A stretch of DNA of 64,000 nt from Eledone cirrhosa (taxonomy: Eukaryota). Position 1 is the first letter of the stretch. Every line of letters starts with the position of its first letter. Position numbers and translations under genes: made by a program. A model generated the notes under the pieces. It saw nothing but the letters and a program-made list of their open reading frames with translations, did not search any database and had not been told where the DNA came from. This document shows, piece by piece, positions 37,263-50,069 of this stretch. The stretch covers positions 41,106,001 to 41,170,000 of the forward strand of contig OZ024747.1 of the NCBI GenBank assembly GCA_964016885.1, read 5' to 3'.

Positions 37263-38700
37263 TAATTGTTTCTACTTTTGGCACAAGGCCAGCAATTATC
37301 CAGTGCATTACTGGTACTTTATTTTATCGACCCCGTAAGGATGAAAGGCAAAGTTAACCTAGGCGGGATTTGAACTCAGAATGGCAAGGGCCGTAACTCT
37401 ATGCGTCAAAGCATGGCGTCGGACCCTCTATCGATACTACCAATTATCAATTATTGATAATGACATATTTCTTGAAAATTTCACCGATACTACAAAATAA
37501 TTATGTGTCTTCTCTTACTAATGCTACTCCTCTAAAATCATTCGCCATTGTGTGTGTGTATGTGTGTGTAATGTTTGTACATGAACCATAAAGCATATTC
37601 CTACAAACACACTGTATTCCTGTCTAGACAATTCCGATGTAAATAAACGATATATCATACATCAAAGATACAAGTAAATCCCTATACTTATATGGACACA
37701 GTTAATATGCACACAGAATATGACAGTGATAAAATAGAATTATTTTTTTGAAGACCGTTTAGGTTTTCCCCTCGACAAACCACGATATAAGAAATCTAGT
37801 AAAACAAACAAACATTAACAATGGGTATAGGCGACGAATTGGTATAGACGCTATAACATAACATTGAATACTTTGCAGTTCAAATCCCACCGAGGTCACC
37901 TTTGCCTTTCATCCTTTCGAGATCGATAAAAATGTACCAGTCTAGTACTGGGATCGATTCTTCCTCTGTATCTATTTCGCTCTTCCACTTTATCACTTCC
38001 TCTCTCTCTCTTTTTTCTCTCACTGTGCCTTTCTCTCTCTCCCTTTCTCTCTCCCCCTTCTCATGCTGTATGTCACTATTGCGCCCCTAGGACATCACTA
38101 ATAGTTACAGATTCATATATACACATATCACAATTGATATACAAACAAATTAGTAGACCAAGTCGTAGAACACTACAACCACAAACAATACAACAAATCC
38201 ATCAAAACCTCATGCAAAGTAATTTACATAAACTACATTGACATTAACTTCAGAATCGATAAACAAAGTACCAAACACTTTATAAAGCAGAACAGAAAAT
38301 ACGCTATACCAAACCATCGCCGACACTAATAATAATTGTTTCTACTTTAGGCACAAGGCCAACAATTTGGGGGAGAGGGGAAGTCGACCCCAGTGCGTTA
38401 TTAATACTTTATTTTATTAATCCCTTAATGATGAAAGACAAAGTTAACCTCGGCGGGATTTGAACTCAGTACGTAAAGGACCGTAACATTATGCCACAAA
38501 GCAAGTTGTCCGATGCTCTACCGATACTGCCAATAAACCGCTCTTAGAAAAAAATAATTGTTTCTACTTTTGGCACAAGGCCAGCAATTATCCAGTGCAT
38601 TACTGGTACTTTATTTTATCGACCCCGTAAGGATGAAAGGCAAAGTTAACCTCAGCGGGATTTGAACTCAGACCATAAAGGGCCGTAACTCTTTGCTCTT
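37263..38700. mobile_element. SINE copies (37263-37443 -, 37825-37960 +, 38333-38545 -, 38555-38695 -)
   Basis: Shared core and tail with 888-1050. Confidence 0.85.
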
Positions 38701-39459
38701 AGAAAAAAATAATACCAGTAAAATACTAAAAGTCAAAACTTTTCTTATCAATAATAAAGTAAATATACAATCCTGCAAGTAAACTGTTAACTATCACTGT
38801 GCTTTATAATGGTAAAAGTTATCATATTGGCCGAACACATAGATCACAACAATGGAAATCTAGATAGAAAAACCTTAGGAAACAACATATCGATCCTATA
38901 AATAATTCCTCACAAAAATAATGGAGTAATTATGTAAGCAATACTCAGAAGGCAACAAAATGCAAAAATAACCAAAAGAATAATATACACTAGTTATAAA
39001 GAAGAAAGAGCCTTCCTGAGTACACATGTATAAAGATAATGATAAAAACTTCCCGAGGTAATGTCAACCCAAATCTTGATGGTCATGTCTACTATAAATG
39101 GACAGCAGAATTTGCCAACACCTTCTTCATCTAGAAAATGAGATCAAACTATTAATGAACAATGCGCTTTACAAAGAATTCGCGACTAGAAATGTCTGAT
39201 GAATGATTTTAAATCTAAAAGGATTAACAACAAAAGTAAATTTATCAAATTACATGCCTGAAACTCACTAGTTACATGCTAGTTCATTTCACATATTTTA
39301 TTTCACTTTAATTTAGTCACATTGTGTTTATCCCTATATATCTATTTATCTATCTTTCTATATATCTATTCATCCATCTATATATCTATCTATCTATCTA
39401 TCTCAATATATCTATATCTATTTCTATATATCTATTTATCTATCTATCTATATATCTAT

Positions 39460-40540
39460 GGAACGACTATTGTCGCGGGTGGGTCAAATCCAGTTGACCA
39501 CCGAGTCCATTGTCATGATCAAACCGCCACCCTCCTTCAAAAACGAGGGAGGGGCGGTTTTCCTATGTGTTATGGCTATGGTGAAAGAGGTGATATGGTG
39601 GACGTGGTTAAAAAGGCTGAGGTCAGACACCTTTCTCTCCGGCGAGCAACTGATTCGTTTTTTCAAATATCATTTTGGAAGAAGACAGAGGTGTTGTACC
39701 CCAGCAAATTTTATAAAAGGTGGGTGAATGTGGCAAAGATGGCCCCAATGGTTGGGCCTTCTCTCTATATAAGCCTGTAGGTTGAGGAAAAAGAGGAAGA
39801 GAGGAAGGGAGTACTCACTCTTGGTGCTCCTGGAGATGAGGGTTGTAAATTTTTTCGGGGTGTGTACAACCCCTATGTAACCCCCCCCCCCCTATTGGGG
39901 ATTTCAATTGTTATTTGTTATTTTATTAATAGTTTTATTTTCATATACCTGTATGCAAACTCGCCATTTGTATTTGTCCCCTTCTTTTGTGCCCTTGTGG
40001 CTAATAAAGACATTTATCTATCTATCTATCTCAATATATCTTTATCTCTCTCTATATCTCTATTTATCTATCTCTATCTATCTATTTATCTATCTATCTA
40101 TATCTCTATCTATCTATCTCTATATATCTATATCTATCTCTCTATATCTATCTCTATATATCTATTTATCTATCTATCTATATATCTATATCTATCTATT
40201 TATCTATCTATATCTATCTCTATATCTCTATTTATCTATCTCTATCTATCTATTTATCTATCTATATAAGGCGGTGTTTCTGTGCGTAATAGCCATGGCG
40301 AAAGAGGTTGTATGGTGGACGCGTCTGAAAGGACTCAGGTCAGACACCTTTCTCTCTGGCCAACAACTGGTCCGTTTCTTCCGATATCATTTCGGAAGAA
40401 GGGTCAGGATGGAGAGAGAGGTGCTGCACCCCAGCCGTTTCTATGAAAGATGGGTGAAAGTGGCGAGAATGGCCCGTGTGAATGGGCCTTCACTCTACAT
40501 CAGACTATAGGTGAGGAAGATGAAAGACCAAGGGAAAGAC
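39460..40540 (+). mobile_element. two Tx1 family A 3' fragments (39460-40012, 40268-40537) in (TATC)n
   Basis: AVFLCV.AM.KEV.WWT.LK.LRSDTFLSG; flanked by TATC arrays. Confidence 0.9.
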
Positions 40541-40778
40541 CATACTGTCTATATGCTTCAGCTTCGGCTTGTCCCCTTGGGAGGTCGGGTACTCTGTATT
40601 ACTGCGTGATGCCAGAGGTCACGGTCGCGTGTCATCACGTTGCAACTCCTGGCAGGAGGAGCAACATGAAATAAAGTGTCTTGCTTAAAGACACAACACA
40701 CCATCCGATCTGAGAATTGAACTCACAACCTTACAATTGTGAATCCGACTCTCTAACCACTAAGCCACGTGCCTTCAC
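40540..40778 (-). mobile_element. tRNA-derived SINE (second family)
   Basis: Minus strand GTGGCTTAGTGG..GAGTTCAATTC..gtgtctttaagcaagacact. Confidence 0.75.
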
Positions 40779-41054
40779 TAAAGGCTGTAGTGAATTGATA
40801 GTATCAGTAGAGAATCATACATTATGTTTTGTAGCATTTAGTTAAGACTTTGTTTCAATCTTTTGAGTTCAAATCCCACTGAGACTGAATTTACCGTCCT
40901 TTCTTCATTTCAGGAATCAATAAACTGTGTACTCATTCTCTTTTATATACATATATTTATAAACACCAGGACCAAGCACAAAGGAACCAAACTCCCACAG
41001 TCATTGCTTCTGTCTCTCCTGTTCTCCCCATCTCTCACTACTGTGAATAAATAG

Positions 41055-41480
41055 GGGCCCACACGTTGGCCACCCCCGAGTCTCCGGTGGACAGAATAGA
41101 AAAGGTGTTTCCCCAGAAGACGGTGAGGGTACACATTGGAAGAGCCATTCCAGCTTGTGAGGCTCACACCAGCGGGTAGCCAATTCTGTGCCGACGGTGG
41201 TGAGTAGGGAGGCGGCAGTAGGGCCAAGGACATCAGAAGTCTCCCATTGGCACAGGCTCGACTGCAAATCTGTCGGAGAGCAACTGATACTTGGACATGT
41301 TACCCTCCTCAGCCTGACGTGCAGCAGAGCCTGAGTTAGTCACAGACTGCACCAGGTTCCTACTGGAGAATGTGTCACTCACTGCATGTGGCATCCCAGT
41401 GAAGTACTAGTCAAGTATTGGTTATTCCATGATACAGGTGGACACCGCACATCGGCTGGATGGACCACAAAACTAACAGG
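41055..41480 (-). mobile_element. CRE-clade RLE fragment
   Basis: WDATC..DTF..SAARQAEE..KY..F.VEPV..ETSDVLGP..WLFQ. Homologous to 7878-8048. Confidence 0.8.
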
Positions 41481-41481
41481 T

Positions 41482-41539
<58 letters not shown>

Positions 41540-42802
41540 GTGAACCTCATATTTATATCAATCACCATAAAATCTTTTTATGGTGGTCGATTTGCGGAAT
41601 AATTACGGTGCAGTACAACATGCCTTGTAGTATTTGGGGGGATCCTTCATATTCTGACCTCTAACCATGCTGAGTTCAATTTCGGTTTTCTTCTTTCTGT
41701 TGTTGATAAAATATGTACCAACTAAATACTAAAGTCTGATAAATTAAAATTATATTATCATTAACTCATCTTCAACATGTACACACGTACACACATACAC
41801 ATTGAATGAAATAGTCATGTTTTCTCAGTTAATTAATCATAAGTTAGAAGCGGGTTATTTTCTAGTAAATCAACAGCAGAACAAAGCAACTGCAGCCAAC
41901 ATGAGATCCTGTACATCATGGTTTCTTAACCTGTGAAATATAGCCACCTCACCCGTCCCCTGTGTGGAGATTTCAACTCTTACGTGGACTTTGAGTAAAC
42001 GTGCAGAAAATGGTGGACGTTTTTAAATTTTTGTGAACCATATAGGATTTTGAATATTATTTTCTGTAAATCCTAATAAAAATACGTCAATAGCAGAATT
42101 TTCTATTACTAATTTACCGAGCTGTATTATGATGTACTCAATGTATATGCCTAGAGAAATGTGTAAATATTTGAGGATGTGAGCGGAGGTCATACACATC
42201 AATACGTCATACATATTCATAGTCTCTAATAGACTCACTGAGGGTTGGTACATGTTACATATATATGCAAACCTTTCAGGCAGTTTTTGAATGATATATT
42301 TCAATCGGATGTTGAAATTTTGTAATCTATATTTCCAGTTATTTGCAGTGATTAATTTTCGATTTTTAAATATCTTAATACTTCCAATGAAAAGATGTTG
42401 TTGTCAATGCAGATAAGATTATTTATCTTATGGATTCATAGCTTTGCATCAGAACAATCAAACTTTACGCAACGAAGCCACCTTTCCTCGTGGAGTATCA
42501 TTTTACAATCTAAGCATATTGACCAGAAGGACAAACCTTTCTCATATTTATTACAGCTTAGGGCATCCTTTTGAAAAAACGGAAACTATTGATTCCGGTA
42601 TTTCGGAAATCTACTACACGTGTATTACATAGAAGCCACACACGAATAAACACCAATAATGACTCTTTATATAATATAACAAGACAACGTGTTATCGAAA
42701 CATAGGAGATAAACAGCAAAATAGATAATGTTACTGGACCAACAGCATGGCGTTCGACTATTTCGATCGTTTCTACTCCGAGAGAGAGAGATGTATGGAG
42801 AT

Positions 42803-42870
<68 letters not shown>

Positions 42871-43139
42871 CTTTCTTTTTATTTGCCACCAGGACATCAA
42901 AAGTGGGACAAGTACAAAGGGGGGAGTTTACATGCAAAGGCGTCCTCAATATGGAGGAGGCAATAACAAGATATAAAAGTATAAAAATAAAATAAAATAT
43001 AACAAAATAAATTTTATAACAAAATCCTCAATAGGGAGGAGGCGCCTTGGGGGGTCGCACACACCCCCGAAAAAAGTGTGCAACCTTCTCCTCAGGAGCA
43101 CAGAGAGGGGGTGCTCCCTTGGTCTTTCATCTTCCTCAC

Positions 43140-46100
43140 CTATAGTCTGATGTAGAGTGAAGGCCCATTCACACGGGCCATTCTCGCCACTTTCACCCAT
43201 CTTTCATAAAAACGGCTGGGGTGCAGCACCTCTCTCTCCATCCTGATCCTTCTTCCGAAATGATATCGGAAGAAACGAAACAGTTGTTGGCCAGAGAGAA
43301 AGGTATCTGACCTCAGTCCTTTATACAACCTCTTTCACCATGGCTATTCGTTTTTGAAAAGGGGAGGCGGCTTGATCGTTACAATAGACTCGGTGGTCAA
43401 CCGGATCGGTCCCACCCTTGACAGCAGTTGTTCGACATAGCCCCACAGATCGGCAATGCCCGAGCAGTGTACCAATGCGTGTGCAACGGTTTCCTCGTCG
43501 CACACGCATCTGGGACAGATCTTTTTCGAGGGGTCCCTACCCGGGCGCCCGTGTCTGTAGAGACTTTCTCGAACGGGCAGAGCCCCTCGGTAGCACTGCC
43601 AGGCCAGGGACCTCTGGAAGTTATCCATGGGTCCCGGGCTGAATGTCCTACCGAACAGGTTGGCCAGTTCGTCTTCCTCCATGCCTAGGGCTTCTCCGAG
43701 GACGTTGTCGCACCTGCTAACCACCAGCCCTCTATAGAATGACGAGGTGGATTCTTCACTGACAGCCGTGTCCGCCTGCCAGAGAGCCGTGAGCGCCTGG
43801 GCACACTCGGTATGCCAGGCGCCCAGTTTTCTCGGTCTTTGCTTGACCCAGGATTGCAGCTCGGTGAGTGAGACGAGTCTGGGAAAGGCTCGCCTCACAA
43901 ACGGGGCCCACACCGGTTGACCGGTGAGGAATACCTGGAGGTGCCGTAGCCTTAATGCGTGTTTACGCATCATTAGCCACGGCATCCCCAGCCCTCCTTT
44001 CGAAGGGTGTTGACAGCAGATGGATCTCCTCACCATAGGAGCCCGCTTCTTCCAGAGGTATTGGAAGAGTGCGCGTTCCATTTTGGCGAGCGTTTCCCTT
44101 GGGCAAGGCACGACGGTCAGGCGGTAGTAGATGACGGGCGCTATATAAGTGTTCGCCACCTCCACCCGACCTTTCAGGGACAGTTTGCACTCGGCCCACT
44201 TCTGGGTCAGTGCAAACACCCTGTTCGTCACCTCACCCCAGTTCTCCACCTGGAGGTCTGGTCCGAACCAGACCCCGAGCAACTTCACCGGGCCCTCCGT
44301 CCAGCGCCCGACGACGCCATCGGAGGGCATCGAGCTGCCCCTCCACGTGCCGAGTTGCAGACCGAACGACTTGTCCCGGTTCAGCTTAGCCCCTGTAAAC
44401 CTTTCGTACTCCTCCAGTAAGGTGCCGATCGCCCGATTTCCGAGGCCGTCGACACCATTACTGTTACGTCGTCGGCGTAGGCCGACACCGCTTTCCGCAA
44501 TCCCGGTTCCAACGGGATGCCCTGCAACAACTCCAACTTCCGTAGCAGTGGCTCTAGAGTCATTACATACAGAAGGGAGGAGAGAGGGCACCCTTGTCGG
44601 ATGGACCGCGCGATTTCGAACGGCTCCGAGAGGTAGCCGTTCACCTTGACCCTAGAGCAGAAGCGGCTGCTGTGCATGGCATTGATCCAACCCCTGAAAA
44701 CGGGTCCGAAGCCTGCCGCCGCGAGCACCGCATCCAGGTAATCATGGTCGACCCTATCGAACGCTTTAGATTGATCCAAGTTGATCAGGGCCCCACCAAA
44801 GCCGGGTTCGTTCCGAACCCTCTCTATGATGTATCGCATGAGGTGGAGGTTGTCGTGGATGGACCTGGACGGGATAACACATGTCTGCGCATCTCCCACC
44901 AGGTTGCCCACGACAAGCGCCAACCTCTTTGCTAGCACCTTGGCCAAAATCTGTAACTCTGTATTTAGCAGAGTTATGGGCCTGAAATTATTTATATCGT
45001 CCCCCTTGTTCTCGTCCTTCCTCACTAGCGCGACTACGCCCGTGGTCACAGCACAGGGAATTCTCCCGTTCTGTTGCTAGTTGCAGTAGACCGCCTCGAG
45101 GAGATCGGGGAACAAGTCCGGCATAGCTAGATACAGTTCGTATAGAAGACCATCGAGACCCGGGGATTTGCGTTTGCCGCATTGGCTTAGCACGTCCTCT
45201 ATCTCAGCGGCTGAAATCGGCTCCTCGCAGGACTTCGCCTCCCTGTCCGAGAGACGCAGCAGGCCGTCGAGGTATGGACCGAAGTTCACATCCCCAACCG
45301 GCTCCCCACCCCTTCCGAACAACCCGGCAAAGTGCTTTTGAAAAGCCTCGCACATCTGCTTAGGTTCAAGGATCACCCGTTCATCCTGGTCTCGCAAAGA
45401 CCGGATAGTGGATCTGCTCCCTCTTTTGGCTTCTGTCACGCGGGCCCAGCTAACAGCTTAGGTCCCCTTGTTTCCCAGAGCACGTATTTTGCTTCGGACG
45501 ATGCAGCCTTCGTGTTTCGCGTCGAAGAACTGGCCCTGAACCGTTCTCAACGCTAGCACTCTGGCCACGTCGCCGCTTCTAATTGCCTCTTCTACACTAT
45601 CTACCAGCTCCCTTTCCTTCCTATTTCTATTTGAGGCTAACTCCTTACTAAATTCTATAGAGACTACTCTAATCTCTCTTTTGAGAGATCCCACCACCTG
45701 CTGTTGACGATGGCGCCCGTCAACCGCTCCTTAACTAAAGTACTAATCCGGTTCCTGTAAGCCTTACTTGCCGGTAAGGACAAGTTGAGCTTCCAGTAAC
45801 CGGGTCCCTGTCTATGCGTTCTGTCAAGGTTGACCATGCAGCTCACTAACTTGTGGTCTGAATAGCCAACCATGCTCATTTTTGGACAACTTAAAAAGTC
45901 CTTATCCTTATTTCTAACTAAGAACCTATCTAGATGATCCGCTGCGATTTGCCCAAGTCCAGGCTGGCGCAGTTGGAAAATCTAGTCGATATCTATCGGC
46001 CAGGTCAAATCGACCGATTAACCCATTGAGGCTATTACACCCCTCTCTATCGGGACAGGCCCCTACGTAGTCCCAACGTGCATCTAGGATACCATTCCAG

Positions 46101-46522
46101 TCCCCCACTAATAGCAAGGAGCGAGACGTCCCTAGAAAAGTCTCCAGACGATGGAAGAAGTTCGGTCGCATTGACCCGAAAGGGCCGTAGGCGGCTACCA
46201 ACCTAAACGCTCCGCCTTCACCACTGCCAAGGTCCAGGACCACTAGTCGACCCTCCAGGTCCAAATGTACCGTCTGTGTTGCGAGACCCAGATGTTTTTG
46301 CAGCAGAACGACAACCCCACCCCCACCTCCGGGCTGACAGAGAGATACGTGCATCTCAAAGTCATCAAAGGTGGGGGCCAGCTGTCGCACGTTGCTGATC
46401 CGGGCCTCGCAAATAACCATCACATCTATACGTTGTGACCTGAGGTCATTTAGAAGCATTGCTTTCTTCCAAGTTGAGCCCAGGCCACGCGCATTTAAAC
46501 AGCCTACTCTTAGCATAGCCAT
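43140..46522 (-). pseudogene. Tx1 family A ORF2 (APE endonuclease, RT, CCHC), frameshifted
   Basis: LNARG, GDWN, SDH, KSPGLDG, FRPITLLN, DQSKAFDRV, RQGCPLS, YADD. Confidence 0.93.
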
Positions 46523-46546
46523 GTTGGTGATGAAGAGAAAAGGCAC

Positions 46547-48337
46547 TTACCTCTCTGCGTCCCGGGTATCGGGCTGCATAACTTCCATGAGGGTAGGGGA
46601 TGGATTGTTGGGTGGGGTGGTGGTTTGTGGAAGTGTAGGGGCATCAGTGTGTTGTGTGGTTGGGGTGTTTGGAGTTGTGTGGGTGTTTGGGAGGGGGTGA
46701 GGTAGTTTTTTAGGAGGACGCGGTTAATGGGCTCGACGCAGGGGGGGGGAGCACGTCCTCTTTAAAGTTGTCTTTTAGAGTTTTATAAGTGTCCTTTGGG
46801 GCCTTAATCATTTTGAGGTGGAGAAAATCCCCTGCCTGGGTGAAGTTAGGCCCTTGGGTTTTTATTAAATTGTTGTTGTACAACGTTTAACAGTTTTTTG
46901 TTCTTGTGTTTATGTATGTGTATGCATGTTTTTGTTTTTGTGTGATGTTTTTTGTTTGCTGTTGTTGTGTGCTCTTTTGTGTTGGTGTCAGTGTTATGTT
47001 TTGGGGAGGGGTTGTTTTCATTTGTGTGTCTGAGGTCTGTTTTCTTTTTTTTCTTTTGGATTGTGTGGAAGTGCTCCTCCTCGTCTGACGACGAACGAGG
47101 GTCATCTTCCGCGTTGGAGGGGAGGGGTATATTTTCGGGTTGTGTTTGCGGTGCGGGTGTTTTGGGAATTGTTTTTTTTTTTGAGTGGGGCGGATGGGTT
47201 GGACATTGTTTTGTTTTGGTTTGAGCTGTGGTTGTTGTTTTTGTAGTGGTGGTTGTGGTGGTTGTGTTGGTTGTGCAGTTGTTGGTGGTGTAGGCAGGAT
47301 TGGGGTTTTCTTATTAAGTTGGGGACAGACAGCCCTCAGGTGACCTCTGGTTCCACAGAGGTAACACGAGGGCCGCCTACCCTCAACGGTAATGTTGATG
47401 AAAGTTTGATCATCCAGTATGACGCGTTCAGGGATCTGGGCGATCCTTTCGGGCCTCATTTGAACTACAAGTTCGAGGCTCGTTCCACTGAACGCGTCAC
47501 CCGATGCCTTTCCCATGGACACCAGCCTGTCATCATCCAGGTTCAGGAAACCTGTCAAAACCCACCATATGTCCATAATCGTCAGGATGGTGTGGATTTT
47601 TATTTTTTGTGTCCTTCTACCCATGTACGTAGGGTAGAAGGTGTATGCGGTGGATGTAATTTGATGGACAGTTTCACTGCTGTGTCCCTGTCCTTCATGA
47701 GAATGGATAGACTCCCGTAGAGTCTATCCTTCTGAATGAAGGTGATGTCCTTCATTACGTCTTTTAAAACCAGCTCTATCTCACTCTGTGATGGTTGGGC
47801 TGGTTTTTTGCTTTTATTTGAGATTGTCCTAAACATGACAGTGTTTAGGAGTCTCTGGCTTTTTAGTTCCGGGGGGCAGTGGATCGAAAATGCACCATTT
47901 TCCCCGTACACTATATATTTTTTGGCATCTGCCAGTAGCTCCTTCGCTTTGGTTATATCTACTGGCAGATAATCGAGGGTTTTCCTTGCCGTCTGGGCGA
48001 AGGAGACCTTTTCCTTGTTTGTGTTGATGTTGTAGTTGGTGGTGTTGTTGTTATCATTGTTGTTGTTATCACAGTTATTGGTCTTGTTGTTGTTGTTGTT
48101 ATTGTTATCGGTGTTGTTTTCGTCCGTAGCATTGTTGCTGTTGTTGTTGTTGCTGGTGCCGCTGGTTGTTTGGTTTGTTGCCATGGCAACGTCAAGTTGT
48201 CGGTCAGCAGGTGGAGAAAATCCTTCCTCTGGCTGACCTTTGTCTTTGACCTCTGCTACTGTGACAGTGGCAGGGGGAAGCTGTAAGTTTATCTTCCCCT
48301 TTCCTCCTTCGAATTTTGGTGAAGAAGCTTCAGCCAT
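46547..48337 (-). pseudogene. Tx1 family A ORF1 (gag-like, CCHC knuckle), frameshifted
   Basis: RRPSCYLCGTRGHLRAVCP; ends MEVMQPDTRDAER*. Confidence 0.85.
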
Positions 48338-48544
48338 TTTAAAAAATGTTAACTTTTCAAAAAAAAAACTTTTTGTTTAACTATTTCGCCTAAAGGCGTA
48401 GAATATTTTGAGAGACTGACCAGATCAAAATTTGACTTGGCAGTCCCTCTACAAAATGGTAGAAAAATTAAAGTTTACAAACAGGAATTTCTATAGAAAT
48501 TTAAACAGAACTTACTCAGCAAGTTTCACGCGTGTGTCCATCCC

Positions 48545-48612
<68 letters not shown>

Positions 48613-49184
48613 GGATAATTTATCCTGGATCAATTTACCTTCGTAAAAATCAATATCCTTTAGCTATATTTTCCATGTTTCTTGTACTTTAGGCCTATTG
48701 GATATTGAGCTTCTTTTTTATTCAGGGACAGCTATCTTTATATTCCGAAAGAACGAAAATGAAAGTATAAAAGAGAGAGAAAGAGAAAAGAAACTTGTTT
48801 TCTGGTAAGTATTGATGCTTAGCAGAGTTTCTACTATGTAAGGTGACGTCAAGTTACGTCAGTTGGTTTCGGAGTTCAACAAAGGAGCTTAGACATGGTC
48901 GCTCAGTCTGCTGAAAATAACAACAAAAACTCTTACATATTTCATACTACCGTCTTAAATCAATGGACAATACAGCTCCCCGTTTACAGAAAGAGGAGAT
49001 AATTGCATTAAGAACGTTTTTCGTCTGAACCACAAAAACCAAATGATAACTTTGAGCTAACAAGTAAACAGGTTTGTCAATTAACCTATTAGGAATAGTA
49101 ATCAAATTTTCCTCAAATTACACGCGGCCGTCATATTAGGAAAGGTAATATTTAAACAATGTAGGCATATATATATACATATAT

Positions 49185-49372
49185 AGAAGAAGAAGAAGAA
49201 GAAGAAGAAGAAGAAGAAGAAGAAGAAGAAGAAGAAGAAGAAGAAGAAGAAGAAGAAGAAGAAGAAGAAGAAGAAGAAGAAGAAGAAGAAGAAGAAGAAG
49301 AAGAAGAAGAAGAAGAAGAAGAAGAAGAAGAAGAAGAAGAAGAAGAAGAAGAAGAAGAAGAAGAAGAAGACG
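49185..49372. repeat. (GAA)n microsatellite
   Basis: Direct inspection. Confidence 0.97.
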
Positions 49373-50069
49373 ACGCACATGGTGGATATATATCGTTATG
49401 GAATCGCTCCCGTAAGTTTTTGATTTTTACTTCTTTAAAACAACTGTGATAGAATAATTCTTATTACAAATGAACAATAAGATTACAGTTTTCACGTCCA
49501 GCAAGCCATAACGCATAGGGCCCCAATATTTAATATTTAATTTTGGATCAGAAATGTCATAGTCGAAAATGGCAAAATGGTTAAATAGCTAAATAGCTAA
49601 ATGGCTAAGTCGACAGACAGAAAGATAATTTCACCACCAACACCACCACCACTACCACGCTAAAAACTCTAGTCAAGTTACCTCAACTTCTATTTCTACT
49701 TCAACTTCAACACCATCACTACAGTACTACGATCACATCACCACCACCACTGCCTCATTATCGCTACCGCCGCTATTCTCTCCCACTACCTCCTGCTAAG
49801 TACTACTAGCACACCACCACCACCACCACTGCCTCATTATCACTACCGCCGCTATTCTCTCCCACTACCTCCTGCTAAGACATGCATCGTAGTGTCCCCA
49901 CTAAAAGAGGAAGGCATCAAAATATATAAATAGACTGATTTGATGACCCGGTCAAAAAATCAAAAAACCCAAAATCAAAATCAAAGCAGCACAGCAACAA
50001 CGAAAAACGTAAAGAAAAAAAAAATGAAAAGAAAAACAAACAGACAGACAGAGAAGGGAAGGGAAAAAC

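Larger units (their letters stand above)
42870..48545 (-). mobile_element. full-length Tx1-clade LINE family A (decayed), inserted in (GATA)n
   Basis: ORF1 and ORF2 remnants; both termini abut GATA arrays. Confidence 0.95.

Noticed and set aside
42023-42304. 93-aa ORF as a gene or transposase
   Set aside because: No recognisable motif; lies in a probable AT-rich MITE-like tract.
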